In this document: positions 9,319 to 17,863 of the stretch, in pieces
How positions within the stretch are numbered: the stretch's first letter is position 1
How the letters are laid out: each line of letters opens with the position of its first letter
Virus record (IMG/VR): IMGVR_UViG_2510065065_000004
Coordinates: 32,001-96,000 of that record
Reading direction: 5' to 3' (one strand)
Length of the DNA: 64,000 nucleotides
From: a virus
Taxonomy: Duplodnaviria > Caudoviricetes
The notes under the pieces: model-generated
What the model saw: the letters and a program-made list of their open reading frames with translations, nothing else
Database searches by the model: none
What the model was told of the DNA's origin: nothing
Program-made: the position numbers and the translations under genes

Positions 9319-9617
9319 GGCTCATCCTTCCACAGTGCAGCCAGTGCCTTAGCCTGCTCTATATCTCGTACTTGTGACGATTTATCGCCACCGCAAAGCA
9401 AGAGAATCAGTACTGCACCATGCTTCATAAAATAGATCCGATATCCGGGCCCATGGTCGATCCTCATTTCTGAGATGCCAGCACCCACAGGCTTCACGTC
9501 GCCGGGATTGCCAAGTGCAAGCCGATCAAGACGCGCTTGAATTCTGGCGGCTGCTTTGCGGTCACGTAAGCTGTTTATCCAAGCATCAAAAGTGCTGGTT
9601 TTGATGAGTTCGACCAT
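9315..9617 (-). CDS. RelE/HigB-like addiction-module toxin
   Basis: GNPGDVKPVGAGISEMRIDHGPGYRIYF..LLCGGDKSSQ; toxin-first order. Confidence 0.88.
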   Translation of the reverse strand: MVELIKTSTFDAWINSLRDRKAAARIQARLDRLALGNPGDVKPVGAGISEMRIDHGPGYRIYFMKHGAVLILLLCGGDKSSQVRDIEQAKALAALWKDEP

Positions 9618-9618
9618 G

Positions 9619-9664
9619 TGCAAACTATAGTTTGCATGTCGTTAAGTATCAACCACAGTTGATA
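9619..9664. promoter_or_regulatory. Two palindromic TA autoregulatory operators
   Basis: TGCAAACTATAGTTTGCA (9619-9636) and TATCAAC-CACA-GTTGATA (9647-9664). Confidence 0.6.
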
Positions 9665-9715
9665 ACGGAAATGAAATGAACGACCACACCCGCCACCTTG
9701 GCGATTGAGCAAACC

Positions 9716-10861
9716 ATGGGAAAAGTCACCACCACCGGATACGAAGCCGAGCGGCTGGATACGATTATTGCTCGCTTGCAGGAAGGCTTCCGTTCGATTT
9801 ACGGCAACGATATCAACGTAGACCCAGATAGCCCCGATGGACAGTTGATTGGGCTGATTGCACAGATCAAAGCCGATCTAGAAGAACTGGGCACGGACAT
9901 CCACCGGCAACTGGACCCGGATTACGCCAGCGGCGCGTGGCTAGAACAACGCGTGGCCTATGCGGGCCTCACCCGCAGGCGAGCCAGCTACAGCTACTTA
10001 CGCAATGTCACCTTGAGCGGCACACCCGATGCCCCGATCCCGGCAGGTTATGTTGTTTCCGATCCCAATCGCTGCCGCTGGCAGCTCGTGTCATCGGTGC
10101 GCCTGGATGCCACTGGCCACGCCCATGCAGACTTTCGCAGCGACGCCTTAGGCCGTGTTGACGTCCCCGCACACACGGCCCTGACCATTGAAACCGTGGC
10201 CCTGGGTTGGGACTCGGCCCTCACGACCGAGGACGCCGAAGCAGGGGCAGAAGAAGAGTCCGATGCGGCGCTGCGCGCCCGCTTCTTTAAAAGTCGTGCC
10301 AAGACATCCACCAACAATGCTGACAGCATCCAGGCCACGCTCTGGGGGCTACCCGACGTGCGCCACGTCGTCTGCTTAGAAAACTTCACCGATACCGTGG
10401 ATGCTGCGGGAGTCCCCGCCCACGGCATTAACGTCATTGTGGAGGGGGGCCGGGATGACGCCATTGCTGAAGTGATCTATCACCATAAAACGCTCGGGAC
10501 AAACATGCGTGGCGCGGTGCGGGTACAGATTAAAAACACACACGGCCAACCTAGAGACATCTATTTTGACCGTCCAACGATGGTCCGTTGCGCCGCCCGC
10601 ATCGAAGTAGAGCGCGATAGCAGCACGTCCGGTATTGATACCCATGCGATCAAACAGGCATTGGCCGCGCGCTCCTTTCTGATTGGCGAGCACGTCCACC
10701 GCAGCCGACTGTATACCCAAATTAATAGCGTCCCAGGCTTTTGGGTGACATCGCTGATGATCGGTCAAGCAGGCCAAGCGTTGTCTGAGCAGAATATTCC
10801 TATCGACGTGCGAAGCATGGCGCGCTTTGCAATGAACGATCTCCAGGTCATCGTGCGATGA
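9716..10861 (+). CDS. Baseplate J/gp47-like protein
   Basis: DSPDGQLIG, GAEEESDAALRARF, VIVEGG motifs. Confidence 0.85.
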   Translation: MGKVTTTGYEAERLDTIIARLQEGFRSIYGNDINVDPDSPDGQLIGLIAQIKADLEELGTDIHRQLDPDYASGAWLEQRVAYAGLTRRRASYSYLRNVTLSGTPDAPIPAGYVVSDPNRCRWQLVSSVRLDATGHAHADFRSDALGRVDVPAHTALTIETVALGWDSALTTEDAEAGAEEESDAALRARFFKSRAKTSTNNADSIQATLWGLPDVRHVVCLENFTDTVDAAGVPAHGINVIVEGGRDDAIAEVIYHHKTLGTNMRGAVRVQIKNTHGQPRDIYFDRPTMVRCAARIEVERDSSTSGIDTHAIKQALAARSFLIGEHVHRSRLYTQINSVPGFWVTSLMIGQAGQALSEQNIPIDVRSMARFAMNDLQVIVR

Positions 10862-11418
10862 GCTATGCGGACCTGTTGATCTGGCAATACAAGGGCCAAC
10901 CCAGGGCCACCGCCACCGCTGCATTGATCAGCGATGCCTTCGGCACCACCTGGAACGGCTTAGCCGATCTGCGCCAGACATTGGATATCGAACGCGCCAC
11001 CGGAACACACCTTGACCTCATCGGCCAGCATGTCGGTCAATCCCGTGTCTTATCCAGTGAACGCCCCCCCGTGCGGCACGATCTGAGCTTGGACGATGCA
11101 GCCTACCGCTTTCTCATCAAGTGCCGGATTGCCAAAAATTACATGACCGGCACCGCGCCCAATATGGAGCAAGTGCTTGACTTCATCTTTCCCGGCAGCG
11201 CCGCAGTACTGGACCACTACGACATGAGCTACACCGTGTTTGTCAGTACTGCAATGATTTCAGACGTCATCCGCCATGCCATCACCACGCTGGACATCCT
11301 GCCTCGTCCAGCAGGCGTGCGGGTTCGCTACAACCTTGTGACGCATCTGCCCTTCGGATACGAGCGCAGCAACCGTAACTACACACACGCCGCCTTTGGC
11401 GACCCACCCGAGCGATAA
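10858..11418 (+). CDS. Baseplate wedge protein (DUF2612-like)
   Basis: YADLLIWQYKGQPRA, ATGTHLDLIG, LPRPAGV. Confidence 0.8.
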   Translation: MSYADLLIWQYKGQPRATATAALISDAFGTTWNGLADLRQTLDIERATGTHLDLIGQHVGQSRVLSSERPPVRHDLSLDDAAYRFLIKCRIAKNYMTGTAPNMEQVLDFIFPGSAAVLDHYDMSYTVFVSTAMISDVIRHAITTLDILPRPAGVRVRYNLVTHLPFGYERSNRNYTHAAFGDPPER

Positions 11419-11421
11419 CCC

Positions 11422-12585
11422 ATGACAGAACACTACTTCCGTACCCCCTTTGCCCACCAAGGGGACATGATCCACGTGCCCGAAGCCAAAGACAGTCACG
11501 GCTTTGTGAGCTACACCCAAGGATGGGGGCCGGACTATCAAAAAGATTTAACCAAGGAGCCGACGGCTAAACCCGTAGAACGCACTGTTATGAATGCCGT
11601 GCTGCACGCCATCACCACGGTGCTCAAAGGCTACCAAGAATACGGCAGCCCTGAATTCATCACCGCCGAACAGAATAACGGCACGCCATTTTCATACATG
11701 CGTGGGGTGATCGTCCGATACCGCCCGGATCACGCAAGCCGTTACGGGCTGTATCTGTCCACGGCTGACAACAACACCGATACACCGCTACAGAATGAAC
11801 CCAACCGCTGGACGGCACTCTCCAGGTACGAGCCTGGACAGATTGTCTACACCGCAGGCAAACGCGCCTTACCCGGCACCCTGCTGTGCGATGGCCGCGC
11901 TGTATCGCGGGCCATGTACCCACGCCTATTTGAGGAAATCAACACCAGCTATGGTGCCGGTGATGGTGTCACCACCTTCAACATTCCCAATTTTCTTGAA
12001 GGCACCGTCGGCGTTCACACCGCCGACCCTGCCTTGGTCGGCACCTTCACCAGCGGGCAGGTGATCTCCCATGCGCACACCGCAACCGCCGAGGAGGGCG
12101 GTACGCATCTTCATCCGGTCACCGTCCATCCTGCAGGCCGCCATACACACCCTGCCAGCGCAGCAGCGGCGGGCAATCATCTACACCAGGCATGGACCGA
12201 CGAACAAGGATTACACCAGCATACAGGCAGCACCTCTTGGGACGGTGACCACGCGCATATCTTGGGTTCTTTCAGAGCGATCTATGCCTCTGGAAGAGAC
12301 ATGGGTTTTTATGAGCAAAATCAAGGCAAAGTCACGACCAATGTCACTGGAGGGCATCTACACAGATTCACCACCGATGCAAACGGCAAGCATGCCCACA
12401 ATATCGGTATGCAGGCCGCAGGGCTTCATGTGCATGACATTGCTGTAACAGCAGAGGCAGATCATGCCCACGCCGCCACAGCCGAATCGGCGGGCAGGCA
12501 TGGTCACACCGTGTCCATTGATCGCTTTGGAGAACACCACAACCTGCCCGCAGGCCTGCGCGTCATGGCATGTATCGCGTATTAA
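11422..12585 (+). CDS. Tail fibre with collar domain and His-x-His repeat needle
   Basis: LLCDGRAVSRAMYPRLF..YGAGDGVTTFNIPN collar; 11 HxH motifs. Confidence 0.88.
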   Translation: MTEHYFRTPFAHQGDMIHVPEAKDSHGFVSYTQGWGPDYQKDLTKEPTAKPVERTVMNAVLHAITTVLKGYQEYGSPEFITAEQNNGTPFSYMRGVIVRYRPDHASRYGLYLSTADNNTDTPLQNEPNRWTALSRYEPGQIVYTAGKRALPGTLLCDGRAVSRAMYPRLFEEINTSYGAGDGVTTFNIPNFLEGTVGVHTADPALVGTFTSGQVISHAHTATAEEGGTHLHPVTVHPAGRHTHPASAAAAGNHLHQAWTDEQGLHQHTGSTSWDGDHAHILGSFRAIYASGRDMGFYEQNQGKVTTNVTGGHLHRFTTDANGKHAHNIGMQAAGLHVHDIAVTAEADHAHAATAESAGRHGHTVSIDRFGEHHNLPAGLRVMACIAY

Positions 12586-12813
12586 TCAGCGACGTTGATC
12601 CATCGCATTTTTTTCGATGAGGCTTTGCTCCTCCATCACCTTGTGTATGGCTGACTCCATCTGCTCGCCAACACGCGCGAAATTTTCATAGATACGGGAT
12701 TCGGGGCTTTCCTGCACCAGGTAACGATCAAGCGACTCTGTAGGCCACAGCGAAAACGCCTGCCCGAATCCCGACAGGAAATCGTTCAATCTGTGAGCCA
12801 ATTTACTCATCAT
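12586..12813 (-). CDS. Small hypothetical moron protein
   Basis: FLSGFGQAFSLWP..FARVGEQMESAI; third gene of a leftward AT-rich cassette. Confidence 0.6.
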   Translation of the reverse strand: MMSKLAHRLNDFLSGFGQAFSLWPTESLDRYLVQESPESRIYENFARVGEQMESAIHKVMEEQSLIEKNAMDQRR

Positions 12814-12826
12814 TAAACACACTCAA

Positions 12827-13450
12827 TTATTGTTTCATTGATGTAGCCACACTTTTACAGATGTGTGCCAATGCTTTAATGAGTTCGACTGAAGGTGCCT
12901 TTATTTCTTGTGCCTCATCATCTTTCTTATCGCTGATCATCCTAACAAGTGCAAGACTAAGTGACAGCGGAACCGCAGCTAATAACACAAGAGTTGCTCC
13001 CAAAAATATTAAAATATGCCACTGCCAACCTACACTTGCAGCGCTAATAATGGATGCTAAATACGAGCCGAAGAAAATCTTGAATAAAGCAGCCATTAAA
13101 AGAAGGAAAAAAAATACAATCAGTCCCCCGATCACGCCGAAGGCCATCCAGCGCATCTTCCGGTTTGCTTTCTGGTTGTATCTAAGTTGATCTTCCGGCC
13201 CATCAGGTTCGAGCATAGCGGGCCGTATCTGTGCATTTGAAAGCTCGCCATCAGAAGAAACCTGGGAATGCACGCTTCCTGCGCCTTCTCCTTTCACGGT
13301 ATCTTCAACGATTCCTGTGACAATGGAATGAGAGTCCGCTATGTCCGGTGATTGTTCGTCCCTGAAATTTTTATCTTCGTCGTTAAGCTGGATTTGATCG
13401 ATATTTTTCGTAGAGCTCCCCATGTTTATGGGCTTTGATTTTCTGCTCAT
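12827..13450 (-). CDS. Membrane protein (acidic N-terminus, 2-3 TM), putative PanT toxin
   Basis: Hydrophobic stretches WMAFGVIGGLIVFFFLLL and WHILIFLGATLVLLAAVPL; directly downstream of the Panacea gene; start uncertain. Confidence 0.6.
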   Translation of the reverse strand: MSRKSKPINMGSSTKNIDQIQLNDEDKNFRDEQSPDIADSHSIVTGIVEDTVKGEGAGSVHSQVSSDGELSNAQIRPAMLEPDGPEDQLRYNQKANRKMRWMAFGVIGGLIVFFFLLLMAALFKIFFGSYLASIISAASVGWQWHILIFLGATLVLLAAVPLSLSLALVRMISDKKDDEAQEIKAPSVELIKALAHICKSVATSMKQ

Positions 13451-13940
13451 AGAATTCTTGAATGAGATCGTCGTTTATAGTCAGGTTTATAACACCAGTT
13501 TCCTTTCTTTTAGGCCCATTCCATACCTGCCACCACGGCGAACCTTCCTTGTGAGTCATCTCAGATAACTGAATGCCGCCAAAGTGTCCATAGCCATTCC
13601 AGACACTATCTAAAATCTCTGCCGATTTTTCGTCGATCTTCGAAACAGGGTTGCTCCAAGAGGCAGTGGCCCAAGAAAACGGATTGACAGGCAGTAACTC
13701 AGTAATTCCGCCACTTCCATATTGCTTCATTTTCCTATACAGAGAACTAATAACAGGGCCGTGACGCCATGCTTCGACAACTTCATCAATCAAAGGCTCC
13801 TTCCGGAATCCAAGGTGCCAACCATGAGCAATGTAGACGAGCTTCAGCACCTGCATAGGTGTGAGCGCACGCCCTTCTTTAGAGGCTCTTTGTAAGAAAT
13901 AGTTAGCGATGGTCGCTGGCGAGTACGGCATGTCCGTCAC
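13383..13940 (-). CDS. Panacea-domain (DUF4065/SocA/GepA-like) antitoxin
   Basis: IANYFL..LTPMQVLKLVYIAHGW..EAWRHGPVI..LSEMTHKEGSPW. Confidence 0.85.
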   Translation of the reverse strand: MTDMPYSPATIANYFLQRASKEGRALTPMQVLKLVYIAHGWHLGFRKEPLIDEVVEAWRHGPVISSLYRKMKQYGSGGITELLPVNPFSWATASWSNPVSKIDEKSAEILDSVWNGYGHFGGIQLSEMTHKEGSPWWQVWNGPKRKETGVINLTINDDLIQEFYEQKIKAHKHGELYEKYRSNPA

Positions 13941-14181
13941 TCCGCAATTTATGAATACTAAATGTCAAAGAGTGCTTGATTTAAGAAGCTATTATTAAAC
14001 GCTTAATGCTTAAAAGATAGCATTAAATCCTGAATATGGAAGTTTTCGTTAAGTTGTCGGCATGTCCTAGCAATACTGTCAGGGGTTGCTCGTTGGCCTA
14101 TTTCCAGCAATCCAAGCAGGTTAGATCGTTAGAAATCTCACCATATCCACAAGCCAGATACTGAAACCCCTTACATCGCGT

Positions 14182-14301
14182 TGCGGCATTTTCTGATACC
14201 ACCGTCTCGCTTCATGCGGCATCTTAATCCTTGCCGGACGCGGGGCCATTGAGGCCGCTCCACCCGCGAGGCGCTGGAGCAGCGCCTCTACCGGCACCTT
14301 A
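14182..14301. repeat. 120-bp structured element, copy 1 (candidate ncRNA)
   Basis: 115/120 identical to 57276-57395 by manual alignment; nested stems. Confidence 0.7.
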
Positions 14302-14335
14302 ATTTGACCGCTAAAAAAGGTTTTTCGTACTGAAC

Positions 14336-14668
14336 ATGTACCACTACACCGAATCAGGCCTAGGTAATGTGTGGTTACGCAACGGGTTTACGGTGCACAA
14401 GACACCCTATGGTGACGGCATTGCTATTGATAATTTACCAAGTCTCCATAGAAGCCTTTCCCTAGCGCTGGCGCTAAAACCGGCCACCCTTTCAGGTGCC
14501 GAAATCCGTTTTATGAGAAAGGAACTCGAGCTATCGCAGCCCGAGTTCGCGGCTCGTCTGGGTACGACTACACAGACGCTTGCGGCTTGGGAAGAGGGGA
14601 GGGCGGCGCTTCCAAACGCCGCAGACAAAATGATCCGCGTTTTGATCAACGCGCATTACAAAAGGTGA
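14336..14668 (+). CDS. XRE-family HTH protein (orphan antitoxin-like)
   Basis: MYHYTESGLGNVWL N-terminus; EIRFMRKELELSQPEFAARLG..WEEG HTH. Confidence 0.75.
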   Translation: MYHYTESGLGNVWLRNGFTVHKTPYGDGIAIDNLPSLHRSLSLALALKPATLSGAEIRFMRKELELSQPEFAARLGTTTQTLAAWEEGRAALPNAADKMIRVLINAHYKR

Positions 14669-15986
14669 TGGGTGGATCGGTTAACCTCAAACCCCACGGG
14701 TGGAATCCAAAGGCGTTTCCGCTCCGCAGCATGACTGACCCCAAACTGACCCCACGGCGGCGGTAAGTCTTTGATCGGCAAAGAGCCGTTCTGGTACTTA
14801 TCGAGCGTCTTAGTCCTTGATTTTTATGATCTTCCTTGACCTTGACATGGTAGGGGTCACAGGTTCGAACCCTGTACCGCCCACCAATAGAATCAATAGG
14901 TTGCACAATCTGTGGTTTATTGACTGACACGCAACTAACACGCAAGCGCTCCATGTACGCATCAATGGCCCGAACAGCATCGGCCATATAGTCAGGCCGG
15001 TACTTGGCGTAAACATCCGTAGTTCCACCATAGGCACGGTGCCCCAGCATTCCTTGAATGTCTTGTGCAGCCACGCCTGCCGAGCGTAGCTCGGTAGCCA
15101 TCGTGTGCCGGATCACCTTTGGAACGGTGTCCTTGGGTAAGCCTGCATGTGTCCGTAATGCGCGCCACGCAGTTTTGAAGCTTGCAATAGGTTTGCCGTG
15201 CCAGTGCACCAGCGGGCCGCTGTCTACTGACAGTATCCAAGGAAGGAGAAAATCACAGATGGGAACGACAGGCCGAAACTTTTTCGTTTGCTTGCGCCCT
15301 GGTGGATTCTGCGTCAATAGGCGTCGTTGGATGTCTGCGAACTCACGCCGTAGTCCGAGGATCGCCTCTGGCCTTGCCAGAGTTCCATAAGCAAGCGCAA
15401 GGTACATACGTTCATGAGGGAGGGTCGCGGCCTCCCATAATGCGGCTGACTCCTGAAGCGATAACACCTGGTCCCTGGGCGGGGCGTCTTTTCCTGGGAT
15501 GATGTATGGCACCGAAGTAATTTCCCCTTCCTTGTATGCTCGATTCAATGCGGCTTTCCCTACGGTAAGTATCCTTTTTATATAGCCGTCGCTACGGGGG
15601 GTATCGCTTCCCGTCTGTAGCCACCTAACAAACTCCCGTTGCCGTGACGGTGTGATCTCTGAGACTGTCGCACCCGCAAAAAAGTCTGACCAGTACCCCA
15701 ATGCGACTTTCGCGCTTTCCGCTGATGTGATGTTGCAGGCATGTTGCTGCCAATACCTGGTTAATACTAAGTCCAGGACGACATCCTGGGGCATTTGTTT
15801 GCTGATATCGCCATATTTGGCATACCACTCCCATAACCTTACTTTGGCTTCTTGAATATCCGTTGTGCCAAGAGATGCGCGGTTTGTCTGTCGGGTAGCG
15901 GCGTCAAACCAAGTGCGGCACCAATTTTTGGAACCTGTGCGCTGGCTGAGCCAGTATTTCCCAATTTGTCCTGGACGTTCCTGCAT
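14646..15986 (-). CDS. int: Tyrosine integrase of prophage B (reads through the att core)
   Basis: TLARPEAI, PKVIRHTMAT, MLGH, VYAKY catalytic motifs. Confidence 0.92.
   Translation of the reverse strand: MQERPGQIGKYWLSQRTGSKNWCRTWFDAATRQTNRASLGTTDIQEAKVRLWEWYAKYGDISKQMPQDVVLDLVLTRYWQQHACNITSAESAKVALGYWSDFFAGATVSEITPSRQREFVRWLQTGSDTPRSDGYIKRILTVGKAALNRAYKEGEITSVPYIIPGKDAPPRDQVLSLQESAALWEAATLPHERMYLALAYGTLARPEAILGLRREFADIQRRLLTQNPPGRKQTKKFRPVVPICDFLLPWILSVDSGPLVHWHGKPIASFKTAWRALRTHAGLPKDTVPKVIRHTMATELRSAGVAAQDIQGMLGHRAYGGTTDVYAKYRPDYMADAVRAIDAYMERLRVSCVSVNKPQIVQPIDSIGGRYRVRTCDPYHVKVKEDHKNQGLRRSISTRTALCRSKTYRRRGVSLGSVMLRSGNAFGFHPWGLRLTDPPITFCNAR
14731..14754 (+). promoter_or_regulatory. Integrase arm-type site, type X
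   Basis: ATGACTGACCCCAAACTGACCCCA; near-identical copy at 57675-57698. Confidence 0.65.
14839..14888 (+). repeat. att core = 3' half of tRNA-Val(GAC), copy 1
   Basis: ACCTTGACATGGTAGGGGTCACAGGTTCGAACCCTGTACCGCCCACCAAT: anticodon GAC, T-loop GGTTCGAAC, CCA; no 5' half. Confidence 0.9.
14891..14944 (+). promoter_or_regulatory. IHF site plus integrase arm-type site, type Y
   Basis: AATCAATAGGTTG matches WATCAANNNNTTR; GACTGACACGCAACTAACACGCA at 14922-14944 is identical to 57467-57489. Confidence 0.65.
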
Positions 15987-16165
15987 TGTTGAATGTATTC
16001 CTCAATGATTTGGTTGCTGTACCTGTAAATTCGGGTACTGATACGAATGGGATGTATCCGGCCAGCCATGCGTTCTCGGGTGAGTGTGGCTTTGCTGATG
16101 AGGAGTCGGCGTGCGGCTTCCTCTTCGGTATACAACTCGGGAAGCTTCTCAGCAGTGCTCATCAT
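15839..16165 (-). CDS. Excisionase-like HTH protein
   Basis: LYTEEEAARRLLISKATLTR winged HTH, overlapping int start. Confidence 0.7.
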   Translation of the reverse strand: MMSTAEKLPELYTEEEAARRLLISKATLTRERMAGRIHPIRISTRIYRYSNQIIEEYIQQCRNVQDKLGNTGSASAQVPKIGAALGLTPLPDRQTAHLLAQRIFKKPK

Positions 16166-16385
16166 CCCCGTGCCCTCCTGTAGCACGCTCCTGTAACCTC
16201 CCTAATGCGGCCTCTCGGTGGGTTCCCTCTTTGAGTTTTTCCGCTTTCGCGTCTTTTTCTTTCTCTTTTTCAGCGACCGTATAAGCAGCTAACGCTTTAA
16301 TAAGTTCTGAAAAATTGCTCACACATTCATTGGATAACTCGAGTGGCGGGGTGGTGTGATGCTTTTCATTTGATGGATCGCTCAT
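16149..16385 (-). CDS. Hypothetical protein
   Basis: 78 aa, ATGA-coupled to helicase. Confidence 0.5.
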   Translation of the reverse strand: MSDPSNEKHHTTPPLELSNECVSNFSELIKALAAYTVAEKEKEKDAKAEKLKEGTHREAALGRLQERATGGHGDDEHC

Positions 16386-17800
16386 CGCCTCATGGCTCCT
16401 TGTGGTGTGAGTGGCTTACATGTTTCTCTGCGTTTCACTGCCTCTAGCAGCAAGTCCTGTACTTCGCGTTTGGATTCACGGCGGGCCATCACCAGCTCAT
16501 CCACCGTGCCCGCCGCCACGATGTGGTGAATGAAGACGGGGCGGTTATGTCCGGCTTGCGCCTGACGTGTGGGGCCAATGCGTTCGATGATTTGTTGGTA
16601 CTGCTCCAGGTCCCACCAGTGCCCGAAGAACGCCAGAATGTTCCCGCCGTCTTGCAGATTTAAGCCGTGACCGGCACTGGCTGGATGGGCGAATAACACG
16701 GGAATGTTCCCCGCGTTCCAATCGCGGATCGTGTCGGGGTGTTGGTCCAAGACACGCCCTTTAGGAAAAGCGCGCTGCAACCGTGCGACATCACTTTTAA
16801 AGTGATACGCCACCAACACCGGCATACCGGCGGCCTCTTCGATAATCTCGTGCAGCGCCTCGAGTTTTGCGTCGTGCACGACTTCCCAGGCCTGGCGTGT
16901 GTCATCGGTATACAGCGCACCATTGGCCAGTTGCAGGCATTTAATTGTCTTGCTGGCGGCGTTAAAGGCTTCTACTTCGGCACCGCATTCCAAGGCGATG
17001 AGCATCTCTTGCTCCATCGTTTTGTACAGACGTTGCGCGCGTTCTGGCAACGCAACGCGAATCGTATTGACAATCGGCTGGCGTACATCGAAGTACGCCT
17101 GTGGATCAAGGGATAAACACAGGTCGCGTATTTTGTCTTGTATCTCTTTCGATGCATTGGGCGCGGGCACAAGGCGCACCGCATGCGGATCACTGCCGAT
17201 CTGCACCGCACGGAACCAGCGATCGATAAACGCTTTAAAATGCGTCCCCAGCCGTGCCCCCCGATCCACCATCCACAGCAGCGCCCACAGGTCCTGTAGC
17301 CCATTCGGCGCGGGCGTACCGGTCAACCCAATGTAGCGCTCCACCTTGGTATGCACATACTTGGCCAGTGCGCGGGCGCGCCGTGTGCCTTGCCGCAATC
17401 GGAACCCTTTCAGCTTGGAGCACTCATCAGCGACCACGGTACGGAACGGCCAACGGTCCCCGTAAAACTCCGCCAGCCATTTTAGATTGTCGTAATTAAT
17501 GCAATAGATATCCGCGTCCTGCTCCAAAGCGCGGCGACGTGCCGCTGCGCTCCCCACGACCACGGACACCCGCAGATGGCGCAAATGGGGGAACTTAGCC
17601 ACCTCATCCGGCCATGTCGTGGCCGCAACGCGCAGCGGAGCAATGACCAACATAGGTGCAACGTCTTCCACCACCAGAAGCACATCTAACGCCGTCAGCG
17701 TGGCTACCGTCTTCCCCAACCCCATTGGCACAAACAGATTGCAGCGTGGGTGCGTCAGGATGAAATCAACCATGGTGTGTTGGTAGGGGCGTAGGTTCAT
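16382..17800 (-). CDS. SNF2/DEAD-like helicase
   Basis: MGLGKT, VADECS, LTGTP, HGLNLQ motifs. Confidence 0.92.
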   Translation of the reverse strand: MNLRPYQHTMVDFILTHPRCNLFVPMGLGKTVATLTALDVLLVVEDVAPMLVIAPLRVAATTWPDEVAKFPHLRHLRVSVVVGSAAARRRALEQDADIYCINYDNLKWLAEFYGDRWPFRTVVADECSKLKGFRLRQGTRRARALAKYVHTKVERYIGLTGTPAPNGLQDLWALLWMVDRGARLGTHFKAFIDRWFRAVQIGSDPHAVRLVPAPNASKEIQDKIRDLCLSLDPQAYFDVRQPIVNTIRVALPERAQRLYKTMEQEMLIALECGAEVEAFNAASKTIKCLQLANGALYTDDTRQAWEVVHDAKLEALHEIIEEAAGMPVLVAYHFKSDVARLQRAFPKGRVLDQHPDTIRDWNAGNIPVLFAHPASAGHGLNLQDGGNILAFFGHWWDLEQYQQIIERIGPTRQAQAGHNRPVFIHHIVAAGTVDELVMARRESKREVQDLLLEAVKRRETCKPLTPQGAMRR

Positions 17801-17863
17801 GCCGAAGCTCCGCTAATCATGGTGTTACACTCGCCATCACATGGGGCTAAGACAGGGGCATGT

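Larger units (their letters stand above)
1..14888 (+). mobile_element. Prophage A, right end (contractile tail operon plus morons), truncated by window start
   Basis: Sheath, tube, TMP, baseplate and fibre genes, ending at the tRNA-Val-derived att core. Confidence 0.9.

Noticed and set aside
11422-12585. Diversity-generating retroelement or invertible fibre cassette
   Set aside because: No reverse transcriptase, invertase or template/variable repeat pair near either fibre gene
14839-14886. Functional tRNA-Val genes at both att copies
   Set aside because: Only the anticodon arm to CCA is present; the acceptor 5' strand and D-arm are missing in both copies
14810-15037. Separate gene ending in GGTGFEPVTPTMSR..
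   Set aside because: Alternative frame of the integrase end reading the antisense tRNA fragment
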